Virus record (IMG/VR): IMGVR_UViG_3300046678_000420
Coordinates: 1 to 64,000 of that record
Direction: 5' to 3' (one strand)
Length of the DNA: 64,000 nt
Origin: a virus
Taxonomy: Duplodnaviria > Caudoviricetes
In this document: in pieces, positions 1-9,092 of the stretch
Layout of the letters: each line of letters opens with the position of its first letter
Position numbering within the stretch: the stretch's first letter is position 1
Position numbers and translations under genes: made by a program
The notes under the pieces: generated by a model
Seen by the model: the letters and a program-made list of their open reading frames with translations, nothing else
Databases searched by the model: none
Told to the model about the DNA's origin: nothing

Positions 1-40
1 TTCGTGCAACAGCCGGAAGCACAACCGCCCGAGGGGGTGA
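1..40 (+). CDS. HNH endonuclease, 3' end only (prophage A)
   Basis: Matches the last 40 nt of HNH ORF 44629-44907 (SCNSRKHNRPRG-stop). Confidence 0.85.
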   Translation, partial: SCNSRKHNRPRG

Positions 41-46
41 CATCTC

Positions 47-505
47 ATGCCGGGGCCTCTCCCGAAACCGACCCACCTAAAAATCCTGACCGGTAATCCG
101 GGTAAGAGGCCGTTGCCTGAGAACGAACCCCAGCCGACGCGCGGCGAGCCTGTTCCGCCTGACTGGCTGGACGGGGAAGCGCTGGAGGAGTGGCGGCGCG
201 TCGTGCCGGAGCTGGCGGCGCTCGGCCTGACGGCCCTGGTGGATCGGGCCGCGCTCGTCGTGTACTGCCAGGCGTGGGCTTCCTACGTCTCCGCTTCACG
301 TCAGCTCGCGGAGCAGGGGCCGACATCGACCGGCCGGAACGGCGAGATGGTCAAGCATCCGGCCGCGCAGATCGCGCGGGACTCGGCGGACCTCATGAAC
401 AAATACGGCTCTCAGTTCGGCTTCACGCCCGCGTCGCGGGCCCGCCTGTCCATCGCCGAGCAGGACACGGGCGCCTTGGACATCGCAGCAATCATCTCCG
501 CGTAG
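47..505 (+). CDS. Terminase small subunit, P27 family
   Basis: PGPLPKPT..GNPGKR start, PPDWLD, EEWRR, YCQAW, FGFTPASRARL motifs. Confidence 0.92.
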   Translation: MPGPLPKPTHLKILTGNPGKRPLPENEPQPTRGEPVPPDWLDGEALEEWRRVVPELAALGLTALVDRAALVVYCQAWASYVSASRQLAEQGPTSTGRNGEMVKHPAAQIARDSADLMNKYGSQFGFTPASRARLSIAEQDTGALDIAAIISA

Positions 506-516
506 TTCCGCGGACC

Positions 517-526
517 GCTTTACAGC
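517..526 (+). promoter_or_regulatory. First copy of dispersed GCTTTACAGC-core palindrome (about 40 sites in window)
   Basis: Cores at 517,1072,2181,5290,5841,8335,8932,10603,13766,13889,15434,18640,19208,19950,22319,22872,25002,25765,26974,28562,29987,32306,33773,35308,35801,37682,39141,39198,39645,41386,42860,45383,46326,47379,51032,53528,54126,55812,58975,59098,60661,63440. Confidence 0.8.
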
Positions 527-627
527 TTCCGGCCGGCGCGGGGGTACGGCCGGGGGACAGCGGTTGAGGCCCGGGGTTGAGTGGGGGATTCCCCCGGGTC
601 TCCCGCACACCAACGAGAGGAGGCCCG

Positions 628-1053
628 ATGCCTCGATACGTCGCAACCAAGGTTCCACGCGTTCCGAGGGTGCCGGGCGTCCACCGGGTAGCCCGCGTTC
701 GTCGCGTGCGGCCTCCGGCTCATGTTCACCACCCGCATTCGCCGGGCTCGGTCGTGCATCGGCACCCGCACCAGGGCAACCACAACCCCAGGCCGGGCGC
801 CCACGTTCATCACCATGTCGCTTCCGGTGGTCATCACCCGCACGCGGGCAACCACGGTCACCGGCACATGGCGCCTGGCGGTCATCACCACCACATCGGC
901 GTGCACGAACACCACCATGTCGCTAAGGGCGGGCACCACCACCACAAGGGCGTCCATGAACATCACCACGTGGCGAAGGGTCATCACCACCACCACAAGG
1001 GCTCCCACGGCCACCGGCGCCACCACCACAACCACCGACACCACGGCGTCTAA
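628..1053 (+). CDS. Histidine-rich, Arg-rich basic protein (141 aa), unknown function
   Basis: GGAGG RBS before ATG 628; about one third His; 17-aa repeats; homologue at 45883-46308. Confidence 0.75.
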   Translation: MPRYVATKVPRVPRVPGVHRVARVRRVRPPAHVHHPHSPGSVVHRHPHQGNHNPRPGAHVHHHVASGGHHPHAGNHGHRHMAPGGHHHHIGVHEHHHVAKGGHHHHKGVHEHHHVAKGHHHHHKGSHGHRRHHHNHRHHGV

Positions 1054-1143
1054 GGACTTTGCCGGCGAGGAGCTGTAAAGCGCGCCGCGGTCTCCGTCAC
1101 CCCGGTTTACCGGCTGCCGGAATCACCGAGAGCCGGTTTCCTG

Positions 1144-1177
1144 TAACTCGGTTGACGCACGTGCGTCAAGCGAGTTA
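1144..1177. promoter_or_regulatory. Inverted pair of TAACTC-NN-TTGACGCA operators overlapping a promoter for the HTH gene
   Basis: taactcggttgacgcac-gtgcgtcaagcgagtta; TTGACG -35-like and TAGAT -10-like. Confidence 0.7.
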
Positions 1178-1250
1178 GATACACCCCAAGAACAAGAACA
1201 CCCCGGCGAGTGCGGCTAACACTCCCGGGGCACGGCTTGAGGGGTACTCA

Positions 1251-2144
1251 ATGCGCATTCAGCGTACCGCGCCAGCGGTCGGATCGACCATCATCCCGAG
1301 CGAAACCGCCCGTGACCACGGCATTTCGTTCACAGCCCGGGGCATCCTGGCCTACGTCCTGTCGCTCCCGAACGGTTCTCAGGAGACCTTGAAGTCGCTC
1401 ACGGAAGCCTCTTCCGAGGGCCGCGAGCGCGTTTCTCGGGCGCTGAAGGAGCTGGAGACGGCGGGATATCTGAAGCGTCTTCGGGTGCGCGGTGAGGGTG
1501 GCCGAATGACCACTCTGGTTTCCTGGTCCGACGTGCGGGAGAACGCGGCGGAGGAGATAAAGCCGCAGGCCGCACCGGATGCCGGAAACCCGGCTGTCGG
1601 TTCGTCGGCACATAACCCCTTGGGTGGTAAAGATCTAACCCTCCCCACCAACCCCCAGACGGCCGTCACGGTCGAGTCCGCCACGGAAGGGCGGGAGGGT
1701 GGTGAGATCTCTCGATCGGAAAACCTCCTCGCGGCTCTTGGCCGCGATGAGCCAAAGCTGCACCTGGGCGCGAGGGACATCCGCGCGCTGTCGCCTCTCG
1801 TTGACGAGTGGTTCTCCCTTGGCGCCGATGAGCGCCGGGTGACGGCGGTTCTGACTCTGGGCCTGCCGGAGCGGATCAACCACCCTGCCGGGCTCCTGCG
1901 GAAGCGTCTCGTTGAGAAGATGCCGATGCGGCCCCTTGAGGCCCCTGCGGCGCCCCCTGAGGCTCCCCGGCTCCGCTGCCCCGTCTGTGAGCGCATCAAG
2001 GCGCCTCACGCCTCCGCAGGCCTTTGTGAGCACTGCCGGGCTGCGGCTCCGGCTCCGGCTCCGGCGCCAGTCACCAGCGGTTCGCCTTCGTGGCGTGACT
2101 TGGCCCGTGAGTTCGGGATCGGGGCTCTCCCCGTAGCCGCGTAG
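1251..2144 (+). CDS. Winged-HTH protein, replication-initiator-like, with C-terminal Cys zinc ribbon
   Basis: ISFTARGILAYVLSLP..GRERVSRALKELETAGYL pattern; HPAGLLRKRL; CPVC..CEHC. Confidence 0.7.
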   Translation: MRIQRTAPAVGSTIIPSETARDHGISFTARGILAYVLSLPNGSQETLKSLTEASSEGRERVSRALKELETAGYLKRLRVRGEGGRMTTLVSWSDVRENAAEEIKPQAAPDAGNPAVGSSAHNPLGGKDLTLPTNPQTAVTVESATEGREGGEISRSENLLAALGRDEPKLHLGARDIRALSPLVDEWFSLGADERRVTAVLTLGLPERINHPAGLLRKRLVEKMPMRPLEAPAAPPEAPRLRCPVCERIKAPHASAGLCEHCRAAAPAPAPAPVTSGSPSWRDLAREFGIGALPVAA

Positions 2145-2214
2145 CAGTCCCTCCCCCTCCCGTCGACGAAACCGCGGGGCGCTTTACAGCGTCCCGCCGG
2201 CATGCCGTGAGGGG

Positions 2215-3867
2215 GTGCAGATGTTCCTTGCCCCGCACGCTCCGGCGAATGCCGCTGAGGGCACGTTCATCTGGGACGCCTCCAAGGCCGATCAGGTCGT
2301 CAACTTCTTTGAGCGGGTCTTGGTCCACACCAAGGGGCGCCACGCGCGGACCCCGTTCCTTCTGACCGACTGGCAGAAGGACGAGATCGTTAGGCCGCTC
2401 TTCGGGACGCTCGCCTATGACGAGCAGTACGACGAGTACGTACGTCAGTACCGCGTTGCGTGGCTGGAGATGGCCCGCAAGAACGGGAAATCCGAACTCG
2501 CGTCCGGCTTCGCCCTGTACGGCCTTGTAGGCGACGGGGAGGAGTCCGCAGAGGTCTACTCCGTCGCGGCTGACCGCGACCAAGCCTCATTGGTGTTCGA
2601 CGTCGCTAAGCGGATGGTCGAGCTTTCCCCGGTCCTTTCCCGGCGTCTTGAGATCGTCGCTTCTAAGAAGCGCATCATCGACCCGGCCACGAACAGCTTT
2701 TACGCAGTGCTGCCCGGAGACGCCTCCGGCGCTCTCGGCACCAACCCGTCAATGGTCCTGTTCGACGAGGTTCTGACGCAGAAAGACCGCCATCTATGGG
2801 ACGCGATGCGTCAGGGTTTCGGTACCCGGCGTCAGCCGATTCTCATTGCCACCACTACCGCCGCGTACACGTCGGCGCGATTCGCATTGGAGGAGCACGA
2901 ATATGGAGAAGGTCTCCTCAAGAATCCTGCCGCCGACCCTGCCCGGTTTGTGTTCATGCGAAACACACCGCGTGATTGGAACTGGCGAGACGAAGGCCAG
3001 CCTGCCAATCCCGACACTGGAGAGCCCGCAACCGGCTGGTACCACGCCAATCCGGCCCTTGGAGATTTCCTCTCCATCGGAAACCTCCGATCCGAAGCCG
3101 TAGAGGCCGAGTCCAAGCCGTCCGCCGAGAACGCGTTCCGCGTTTTCCGACTGAACCAGTGGACTTCTCAAGCTGAGCGCTGGCTCGATATGCAGACGTG
3201 GGACCGCAACGGGGAAACCCCGGTTCTGCGTGAGCACCTGGCGGGCCGTTGCTGCTATGCAGGGCTCGACCTGGCGAGCGTTTCTGACTTCACGGCGTGG
3301 GTTCTGCTCTTCCCGGGCTCGCCGGACGATCCGGACGCCGAGGGATTCACCATTCTGCCGCGTTTCTGGATTCCGTCGAAGGCTCTCAAGGCGCGTGGCG
3401 TGCAGCGCTCGACGCTTGAGTACTGGGCGCAAATGGGCTGGCTCACAATCACTGACGGGGACGTTACTGATTACCGCGTCGTTAGGGCCGAGATCGAGAA
3501 GGACGCCGAAGATTTCTGCATTGATCTCTTCGGCTATGACCCGTGGAACGCGACAAACCTTGTTACGGAGCTGGAAGACGGCGGATTAGAGGGTGTTAAG
3601 GCCCCTCAGACGTCTGCGCGCATGACCGATCCGTGCAAGTGGATGGAAACCCTTCTAGCTGAGGGAGTCCTTAGGCACGGCGGTAATCCCGTGCTCCGCT
3701 GGATGGCGGACAACGTCGAAGTGCAATACACGGGCGACGGCCTTTTCAAGCCGTCTAAGGCCAAGTCTGGCGACAAGATCGACGGGATTTCAGCGCTGCT
3801 GAACGCGCTTTTCGTCGCATTTACCGAGGATGACACAGGAATGGGCTTCATCAGCCTCGACGACTAA
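2215..3867 (+). CDS. terL: Terminase large subunit
   Basis: Walker A-like ARKNGKS, VLFDE Walker B, GLDLAS nuclease, KIDGISA end. Confidence 0.95.
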   Translation: MQMFLAPHAPANAAEGTFIWDASKADQVVNFFERVLVHTKGRHARTPFLLTDWQKDEIVRPLFGTLAYDEQYDEYVRQYRVAWLEMARKNGKSELASGFALYGLVGDGEESAEVYSVAADRDQASLVFDVAKRMVELSPVLSRRLEIVASKKRIIDPATNSFYAVLPGDASGALGTNPSMVLFDEVLTQKDRHLWDAMRQGFGTRRQPILIATTTAAYTSARFALEEHEYGEGLLKNPAADPARFVFMRNTPRDWNWRDEGQPANPDTGEPATGWYHANPALGDFLSIGNLRSEAVEAESKPSAENAFRVFRLNQWTSQAERWLDMQTWDRNGETPVLREHLAGRCCYAGLDLASVSDFTAWVLLFPGSPDDPDAEGFTILPRFWIPSKALKARGVQRSTLEYWAQMGWLTITDGDVTDYRVVRAEIEKDAEDFCIDLFGYDPWNATNLVTELEDGGLEGVKAPQTSARMTDPCKWMETLLAEGVLRHGGNPVLRWMADNVEVQYTGDGLFKPSKAKSGDKIDGISALLNALFVAFTEDDTGMGFISLDD

Positions 3868-3881
3868 CAGGGGGGTGGCTG

Positions 3882-4058
3882 ATGGGCCGTCGCGCGATCG
3901 TGCGGGAAGTGACGTCCACGCTGGTAGAGGCTGTGGGAGCCGTGACAGTGGCCTACGGGCTGGCTCAGGTGTACCGGCCGCTCGGGTGGATCCTTGGGGG
4001 CGCCTTCGTGGCCCTGGCGGGCTTCTCGCTGTCGGCGAAGCCGGGTGAACAGCGTTGA
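3882..4058 (+). CDS. Small 2-TM membrane protein before portal (58 aa)
   Basis: Read directly: MGRRAIVREV..LGWILGGAFVALAGFSL..EQR; stop overlaps portal TTG; homologue at 49079. Confidence 0.7.
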   Translation: MGRRAIVREVTSTLVEAVGAVTVAYGLAQVYRPLGWILGGAFVALAGFSLSAKPGEQR

Positions 4059-5359
4059 GCATATTCACCCGCATTGAGAAGCGCACTGGGGGTCTCGGCT
4101 GGCTCGCTAGTCAGCCCCCGGTGGACTGGGTTCGTAACGCCTTCCTGGCTAACGACCCCGTTTACTCGGGGAAGCAGATCAACGAGCAGACGGCCATGCA
4201 GGTTAGCGCGGTCTATTACTGCGTTGGCCTCATCACGGACGCTATCGCGTCCCTGCCTATCGACGTCTTCAAGGACTATCCGGACGGCACGACCGAGCAC
4301 GTTCGGCCCCCGGCGTGGTTGCGCAAGCCCAATTACCGCATGACCCCGTTCGACTTCTGGCAGCGGGTAGTCATGTCGCTGCTGGTGGCCGGGAACGCCT
4401 ACATCTTCACCCTGCGGAACGGCAAGGGCGACATTGTCGAAGTGTGGCCCATTCACCCGTCGTGGGTGTACCCGTTCCCCGAAGAGGGCACGACCAACGT
4501 TCTGTATGACGTGAACGGCGTCACGATGGATCAGACCGAGATTCTTCATATCCCGGCGCTGTCGATGCCCGGCTACCTCACGGGCCTTTCGCCGCTTGAG
4601 GCGGCCCGGCAGGCTATCGGTATCTCGATGGTGACAGAGGAATTCGGCGCCCGGTTCTTCTCGCAGGGCGCCTACATGTCCGGCATCATTCAGCACCCCG
4701 GCAAGGCGAACCCGGAAGAGGCTAAGCGCCTCAAGGAAGACTTCGTCAAGAAGCACCAGGGCGTAGCCAACAGTCACGCCGTGGGAATTCTGACCGGCGG
4801 CGCTTCCTGGCACCCGATCACCATCACGCCGGAACAAAGCCAGTTCCTTCAGACACGCAACTTCACGAAGGCGGACATCGCCTTGTTCTACCGGGTCCCC
4901 GCTTACCGGGTTGACCCGGCCGTCACGTCCTCTTGGGGTCGTGGCGTCGAAGAGCAGAACTACGCCATGGCGCAAGACACCTTGCACCCGTGGGCGGCAC
5001 GCATCGAGCAGGCCATCTCGACTTTTCTTCTGCCGGGTTTCCAGACCATGCGTTTCAACATGGACGCCCGCCTCAGGGCGAAGCTCTCGGAGCGCTACCA
5101 GGCTCACGCACTGGCCATTCAGAACGGGATGAAGAGCCCCGACGAAGTCCGGGCCGAAGAGGGCATGTCGCCGATCCCGGACGGCAAGGGAGAGCAGTTC
5201 TACCGCCCGGCGAACATCGTCGGTATCGACGAAGACCTGCCCACCGTGGGCGATTGGAAGAAGATCCCGGCCGCGGTGGATGGAGGCGAGCTTTACAGCC
5301 CTCCGCCGGCCCCGGTGCCGGGGCAGGACGGGGGGAATGAACATGAGCCTGCTCCTTGA
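4055..5359 (+). CDS. Portal protein, HK97 family
   Basis: SAVYYCV..IASLP, GNAY, GLSPL, QFLQTR, NEVR-like DEVRAEEGM. Confidence 0.93.
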   Translation: MSIFTRIEKRTGGLGWLASQPPVDWVRNAFLANDPVYSGKQINEQTAMQVSAVYYCVGLITDAIASLPIDVFKDYPDGTTEHVRPPAWLRKPNYRMTPFDFWQRVVMSLLVAGNAYIFTLRNGKGDIVEVWPIHPSWVYPFPEEGTTNVLYDVNGVTMDQTEILHIPALSMPGYLTGLSPLEAARQAIGISMVTEEFGARFFSQGAYMSGIIQHPGKANPEEAKRLKEDFVKKHQGVANSHAVGILTGGASWHPITITPEQSQFLQTRNFTKADIALFYRVPAYRVDPAVTSSWGRGVEEQNYAMAQDTLHPWAARIEQAISTFLLPGFQTMRFNMDARLRAKLSERYQAHALAIQNGMKSPDEVRAEEGMSPIPDGKGEQFYRPANIVGIDEDLPTVGDWKKIPAAVDGGELYSPPPAPVPGQDGGNEHEPAP

Positions 5360-5996
5360 GCGCAGGTCGGTTGAGACACAGTTCGACATCGCCGCCAAGG
5401 GCGACGGGTGGACGTTCACCGGATACGCCGCGAAGTATGGGACGCGGTCTCACGACCTCGGAGGCTTTACGGAAACGGTCCAGGCGGGCGCGTTCACCCG
5501 CGCGCTCGGCGAGGGCCAGGACGTGAGGGCCCTCATCAACCATGACGCGGGTCTCATCTTGGGCCGGACCGCGTCCGGCACGCTGAAGCTGGCGGAGGAC
5601 TCGACCGGGCTGCACTACGAGGTGGACGCGCCAGACACCAGCTACGCGCGGGACCTGGCGGAGTCGATGCAGCGGGGCGACGTCACACAGTCGTCCTTCG
5701 CGTTTCGCGTCCGTGAGGACGACTGGCAGCGGGAGGGCCGCTCGCGGCTGCGGACGCTGATCGACTTAGACCTACTCGACGTTTCGCCGGTCACCTATCC
5801 AGCGTACGAAGACACCGAGTCCGGAGTCACCGCGGCACGTGCTTTACAGCTGGCCGCCGGCCGACTCGGCTGGGATGAGGAGAGGGACGCGCTTTCGGCG
5901 CGTGACCTGGTGGGGGCGTGGAATCCGCTTCCGCCGGAGGACAACGAGATTCTTCGGCTTGCCCTTCGGGCGATCCGGCTTAGGGGCCGTGCCTGA
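5343..5996 (+). CDS. Prohead protease, HK97 (U35) type
   Basis: FTGYAA, GAF, LINHD, LGRT, SSFAF, DVSPVTYPAY. Confidence 0.92.
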   Translation: MSLLLERRSVETQFDIAAKGDGWTFTGYAAKYGTRSHDLGGFTETVQAGAFTRALGEGQDVRALINHDAGLILGRTASGTLKLAEDSTGLHYEVDAPDTSYARDLAESMQRGDVTQSSFAFRVREDDWQREGRSRLRTLIDLDLLDVSPVTYPAYEDTESGVTAARALQLAAGRLGWDEERDALSARDLVGAWNPLPPEDNEILRLALRAIRLRGRA

Positions 5997-6019
5997 CGGC
6001 ACTAGCTCCAAACACACAT

Positions 6020-6047
6020 GAGGCACCTCGGGGAGGGGTGCCTCTTT
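6020..6047 (+). terminator. Stem-loop followed by T-run between protease and capsid genes
   Basis: gaggcacc-tcgggagg-ggtgcctc-ttt; an analogous hairpin occurs at about 51212-51242. Confidence 0.45.
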
Positions 6048-6090
6048 CGTTTGGCCGCGAACGGCGGCCCCTTGGGGGAGGTACCAACCT

Positions 6091-7359
6091 TTGAGTTACG
6101 CACAGCAGGCCGAAGAGATCCTGACTCAGCGCGCGAACATCTTCGAGCAGCGCAAGGCCATCACCGACGCCGTAGACGGCGAGCCGACTGCGGAGCAGCG
6201 GACCCAGCTCGACCGCATGGACGCGGACCTGAACCGCCTGGGCGCGGAGGCCCGCTCCATCGTGGAGGAGGGCGAGCGGGAGGCGGAGGCGCAGGAGCTG
6301 CGGGACCGCGCTACCCGACTGGGCGTCAAGGCCGGGGTCTTCACTGGCGAGCAGCAGCGGCAGATGCAGGGCGGCCCGTCCCTGTCCGACGAGATCCGGA
6401 ACCTGGGCTTCGGCCAGGAGCTGACCGTGGGCGCGGACCTCTACATGAAGCCTGGCGAGGAGGCTCGTGCCGCGCTGGCGGCCGAATCCCGAGTCGCGAC
6501 CACCGGCAGCGCCGCGAACGCGGGCGCCACCATCCCGACGACCTTCGTTGCGAGGGTCTTGGAGTACATGCTTCCGCAGATCGGCGTGTGGCAGGCGGGC
6601 CCGACCATCATCACCACCGCTGGCGGCGAGCCGATGACCTTCCCGCGCCTGACCGCGCGGCCCACCGTCGCCCCGGTCGCGGAGAATTCCGCGTTCCCGA
6701 CTTCCGACGCGGCGTTCAACAACTTCACTCTGAACGCCAAGAAGTACGGTGTCATCGTTCAGGTCTCCAAGGAGATGGTGCAGGACAGCGGCATTGACAT
6801 TGCCGGGTTCATCGCTCAGCAGGCGGGCATCATGGCGGGCCGTCAGGTCGCGCATGACCTTCTGATCGGTTCCGGCACCGGCGGTACTCCGACAGGCCTT
6901 CTGACCGCCGCTGTCGCGGCCAATGCCGGTACGACCATGGGCACCATCGGCGCCATTTCCGGTGACGACATCATCGCGCTGTATTACAGCGTCATCGACT
7001 CCTACCGGAAGAACGCGAAGTTCTTGATGGCGGATGCGACTGTGGGCAAGCTTCGCGGCGTCAAGGACGCCTATGGTCAGTACCTTTGGCAGCCCGGTCT
7101 TGTCTCCGGCGCTCCGGACATGCTCCTCGGAAAGCCGGTTGTTACGGACGTCAACATGCCGACCGTGGCCACCGGGAACAACGCGGTCGCCTTCGGCGAC
7201 TTCTCGACCTACTTCGTCCGGCAGGTCAACGGCGTTCAGGTGGAGAAGTCCTTCGAGTTCGGTTGGGGTTCCGACCTGGTCTCGTACAAGGTGACTTGGC
7301 GCGGCGACGGGAACCTGTCCGACACCACCGGTTCGGTTAAGACGCTGGTCGGTAAGTAA
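6091..7359 (+). CDS. Major capsid protein, HK97 fold
   Basis: N-terminal coiled delta domain, KKYGVIVQVSKEMVQDS, GQYLWQP, LLGKPVV, FGDFS. Confidence 0.93.
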   Translation: MSYAQQAEEILTQRANIFEQRKAITDAVDGEPTAEQRTQLDRMDADLNRLGAEARSIVEEGEREAEAQELRDRATRLGVKAGVFTGEQQRQMQGGPSLSDEIRNLGFGQELTVGADLYMKPGEEARAALAAESRVATTGSAANAGATIPTTFVARVLEYMLPQIGVWQAGPTIITTAGGEPMTFPRLTARPTVAPVAENSAFPTSDAAFNNFTLNAKKYGVIVQVSKEMVQDSGIDIAGFIAQQAGIMAGRQVAHDLLIGSGTGGTPTGLLTAAVAANAGTTMGTIGAISGDDIIALYYSVIDSYRKNAKFLMADATVGKLRGVKDAYGQYLWQPGLVSGAPDMLLGKPVVTDVNMPTVATGNNAVAFGDFSTYFVRQVNGVQVEKSFEFGWGSDLVSYKVTWRGDGNLSDTTGSVKTLVGK

Positions 7360-7423
7360 GCCGTTAGCGGGTTAGGGGAGGGCCTTAGGGTCCTCTCCTT
7401 TCTCATGCCCGGAGGGGGGTCCT

Positions 7424-8296
7424 ATGAGGCTCGTTCGCGGCTACGCCGGGGTACTGAGCACAACGTTTATGACCGACGAGACCCCCATTGACGCGGGGGC
7501 AGTCACGGTCACGGTTACTAACGCGGCTGGCGCGGTTGTAGCGTCTGGCGCTGCAACGACTCCGAGCACTGGAAACTACACGTTCCCTATGGCTCCGCAA
7601 ACGGCCCTCGGGCCGTTAGTCGTTAGCTGGGTTAGCGCAACGCTAACGCAGACGACAAGCGCCGAAGTGGTCGGCTCGACCCTAATCGCGCTACCTGACC
7701 TGCGGGCATCCGATCCCGCGTTCTCGAACACGGCCAAGTTCCCCACGGCCGCCCTGGCGGCGGCGAGGGATGCGGTAACCGACGAGTTCGCCCGCATCTG
7801 CGGACGCTCGTTCATCCCGCGTGGCAACACCTACACGGTGACGCTCGACAACACGGGCTATGTCCTATTGCCCGATGCCGACCTTAGGACGGTCGTTAGC
7901 GCATCGGTCGATGGCGTTACGCAAACGGGTCTGACTACAGACCCAATCGGCTTGGTTTACGGCCTTCCGTCGATGCAGGCGCTAACGCTGCAAGAGCTTT
8001 GGGACGGGTCGATAGGCTCCGGGGCTCCCGGCCCCGGCCTGTGCGTCATCACCTACGAGTACGGGTTCACCCAGGTCCCTAACGACTTGTATCGGGCCGC
8101 GATTCAGCGCGGCCGGTTCATCCTCGCGGCTATCGCGTCGGGCATTCCCGACCGTGCAACGTCTTTCGTTGCAACCGAGGGCGGGTCCTTCACCCTGGCG
8201 ACGCCGGGTTCTGGCGTCTGGCAGACCGGCATTCCCGACGTTGACGCAGTGCTAGCCCGGTACACCATCGCGCCTAAGGGCGTGGTCGTGGCATGA
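7424..8296 (+). CDS. Putative head-to-tail adaptor
   Basis: Position after capsid; YEYGF..VPNDLYRAA; GIPDVDAVLARY end. Confidence 0.65.
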   Translation: MRLVRGYAGVLSTTFMTDETPIDAGAVTVTVTNAAGAVVASGAATTPSTGNYTFPMAPQTALGPLVVSWVSATLTQTTSAEVVGSTLIALPDLRASDPAFSNTAKFPTAALAAARDAVTDEFARICGRSFIPRGNTYTVTLDNTGYVLLPDADLRTVVSASVDGVTQTGLTTDPIGLVYGLPSMQALTLQELWDGSIGSGAPGPGLCVITYEYGFTQVPNDLYRAAIQRGRFILAAIASGIPDRATSFVATEGGSFTLATPGSGVWQTGIPDVDAVLARYTIAPKGVVVA

Positions 8297-8715
8297 GCAC
8301 TAACGCATTGCTCGTCAAGGCTGCGATCCAGACCGCTTTACAGCAGTCGGCCGGCCTAGTGGACGTGCCGATCATCTGGGGACCCGACCCGAGACACCAG
8401 CCGCAGCGCTGGATTCTCCTCGGGCAAATCCACTGGGATCACGAACGATGGGCCACGAACAGGTCAAAAGAAGAGACGTTCACTATCGACCTGATCTCAG
8501 AGGTAATGCTTACGGCCTCTACGGCGTTCGACGCCGAAACTCAGGCTGCTGAACTCTCCGGGATCGTCGAGGACATCGTCAAGGCATCTCCCGGTTTCGG
8601 GCTCTCCGGAATCGTCACATCCATCTACAGCCCTGGGCGGCTGCTCTCTTTTCCCGCTGATGACCGCTGGGTTGGCCAAATGCACGGCGAACTCAAGGTC
8701 ACAGCCCGCGACTAA
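8293..8715 (+). CDS. Putative tail terminator/neck protein
   Basis: Position and size (140 aa); homologue at 53486. Confidence 0.55.
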   Translation: MSTNALLVKAAIQTALQQSAGLVDVPIIWGPDPRHQPQRWILLGQIHWDHERWATNRSKEETFTIDLISEVMLTASTAFDAETQAAELSGIVEDIVKASPGFGLSGIVTSIYSPGRLLSFPADDRWVGQMHGELKVTARD

Positions 8716-8729
8716 CGGGGGTTCTCACC

Positions 8730-9092
8730 TTGTCTCAGGTCCTCTACACGGGCCCGCTGGCTGGCGTTGTGACGCCGGACGGCACCCAGTTCCCGAAGGG
8801 CGTTCCGATCACGGTCTCTGACGAGCTGGCGGCGTCCCTTCTGCTTCAGACGTTCATCGACGCGACTGCGGCCCCGGCGGCTACGACTGCCACGACTGAC
8901 GCCACCACCACGACGACTACGCCGGCCACGAGCTTTACAGCTCCCGCCGCGGTTCCTGCTCCGGACCCGACTCCGGCCCCTGCTCCGACTCCGGCGCAGG
9001 ACCCGGCCCCGGTCGTCTCCGATCCGACTCCGGCCCCTGCGCCGGACCAGACCGCGACCGTCCTTGCTCCGGTTAGCGGGGTGACTGCGTAA
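8730..9092 (+). CDS. Small protein with Pro/Ala/Thr-rich tail before major tail gene
   Basis: Conserved N-terminus in both copies, variable PAPDPT repeats. Confidence 0.6.
   Translation: MSQVLYTGPLAGVVTPDGTQFPKGVPITVSDELAASLLLQTFIDATAAPAATTATTDATTTTTTPATSFTAPAAVPAPDPTPAPAPTPAQDPAPVVSDPTPAPAPDQTATVLAPVSGVTA

Noticed and set aside
8860-9060. PAPDPT low-complexity repeats
   Set aside because: Ordinary flexible linker with length variation between copies.
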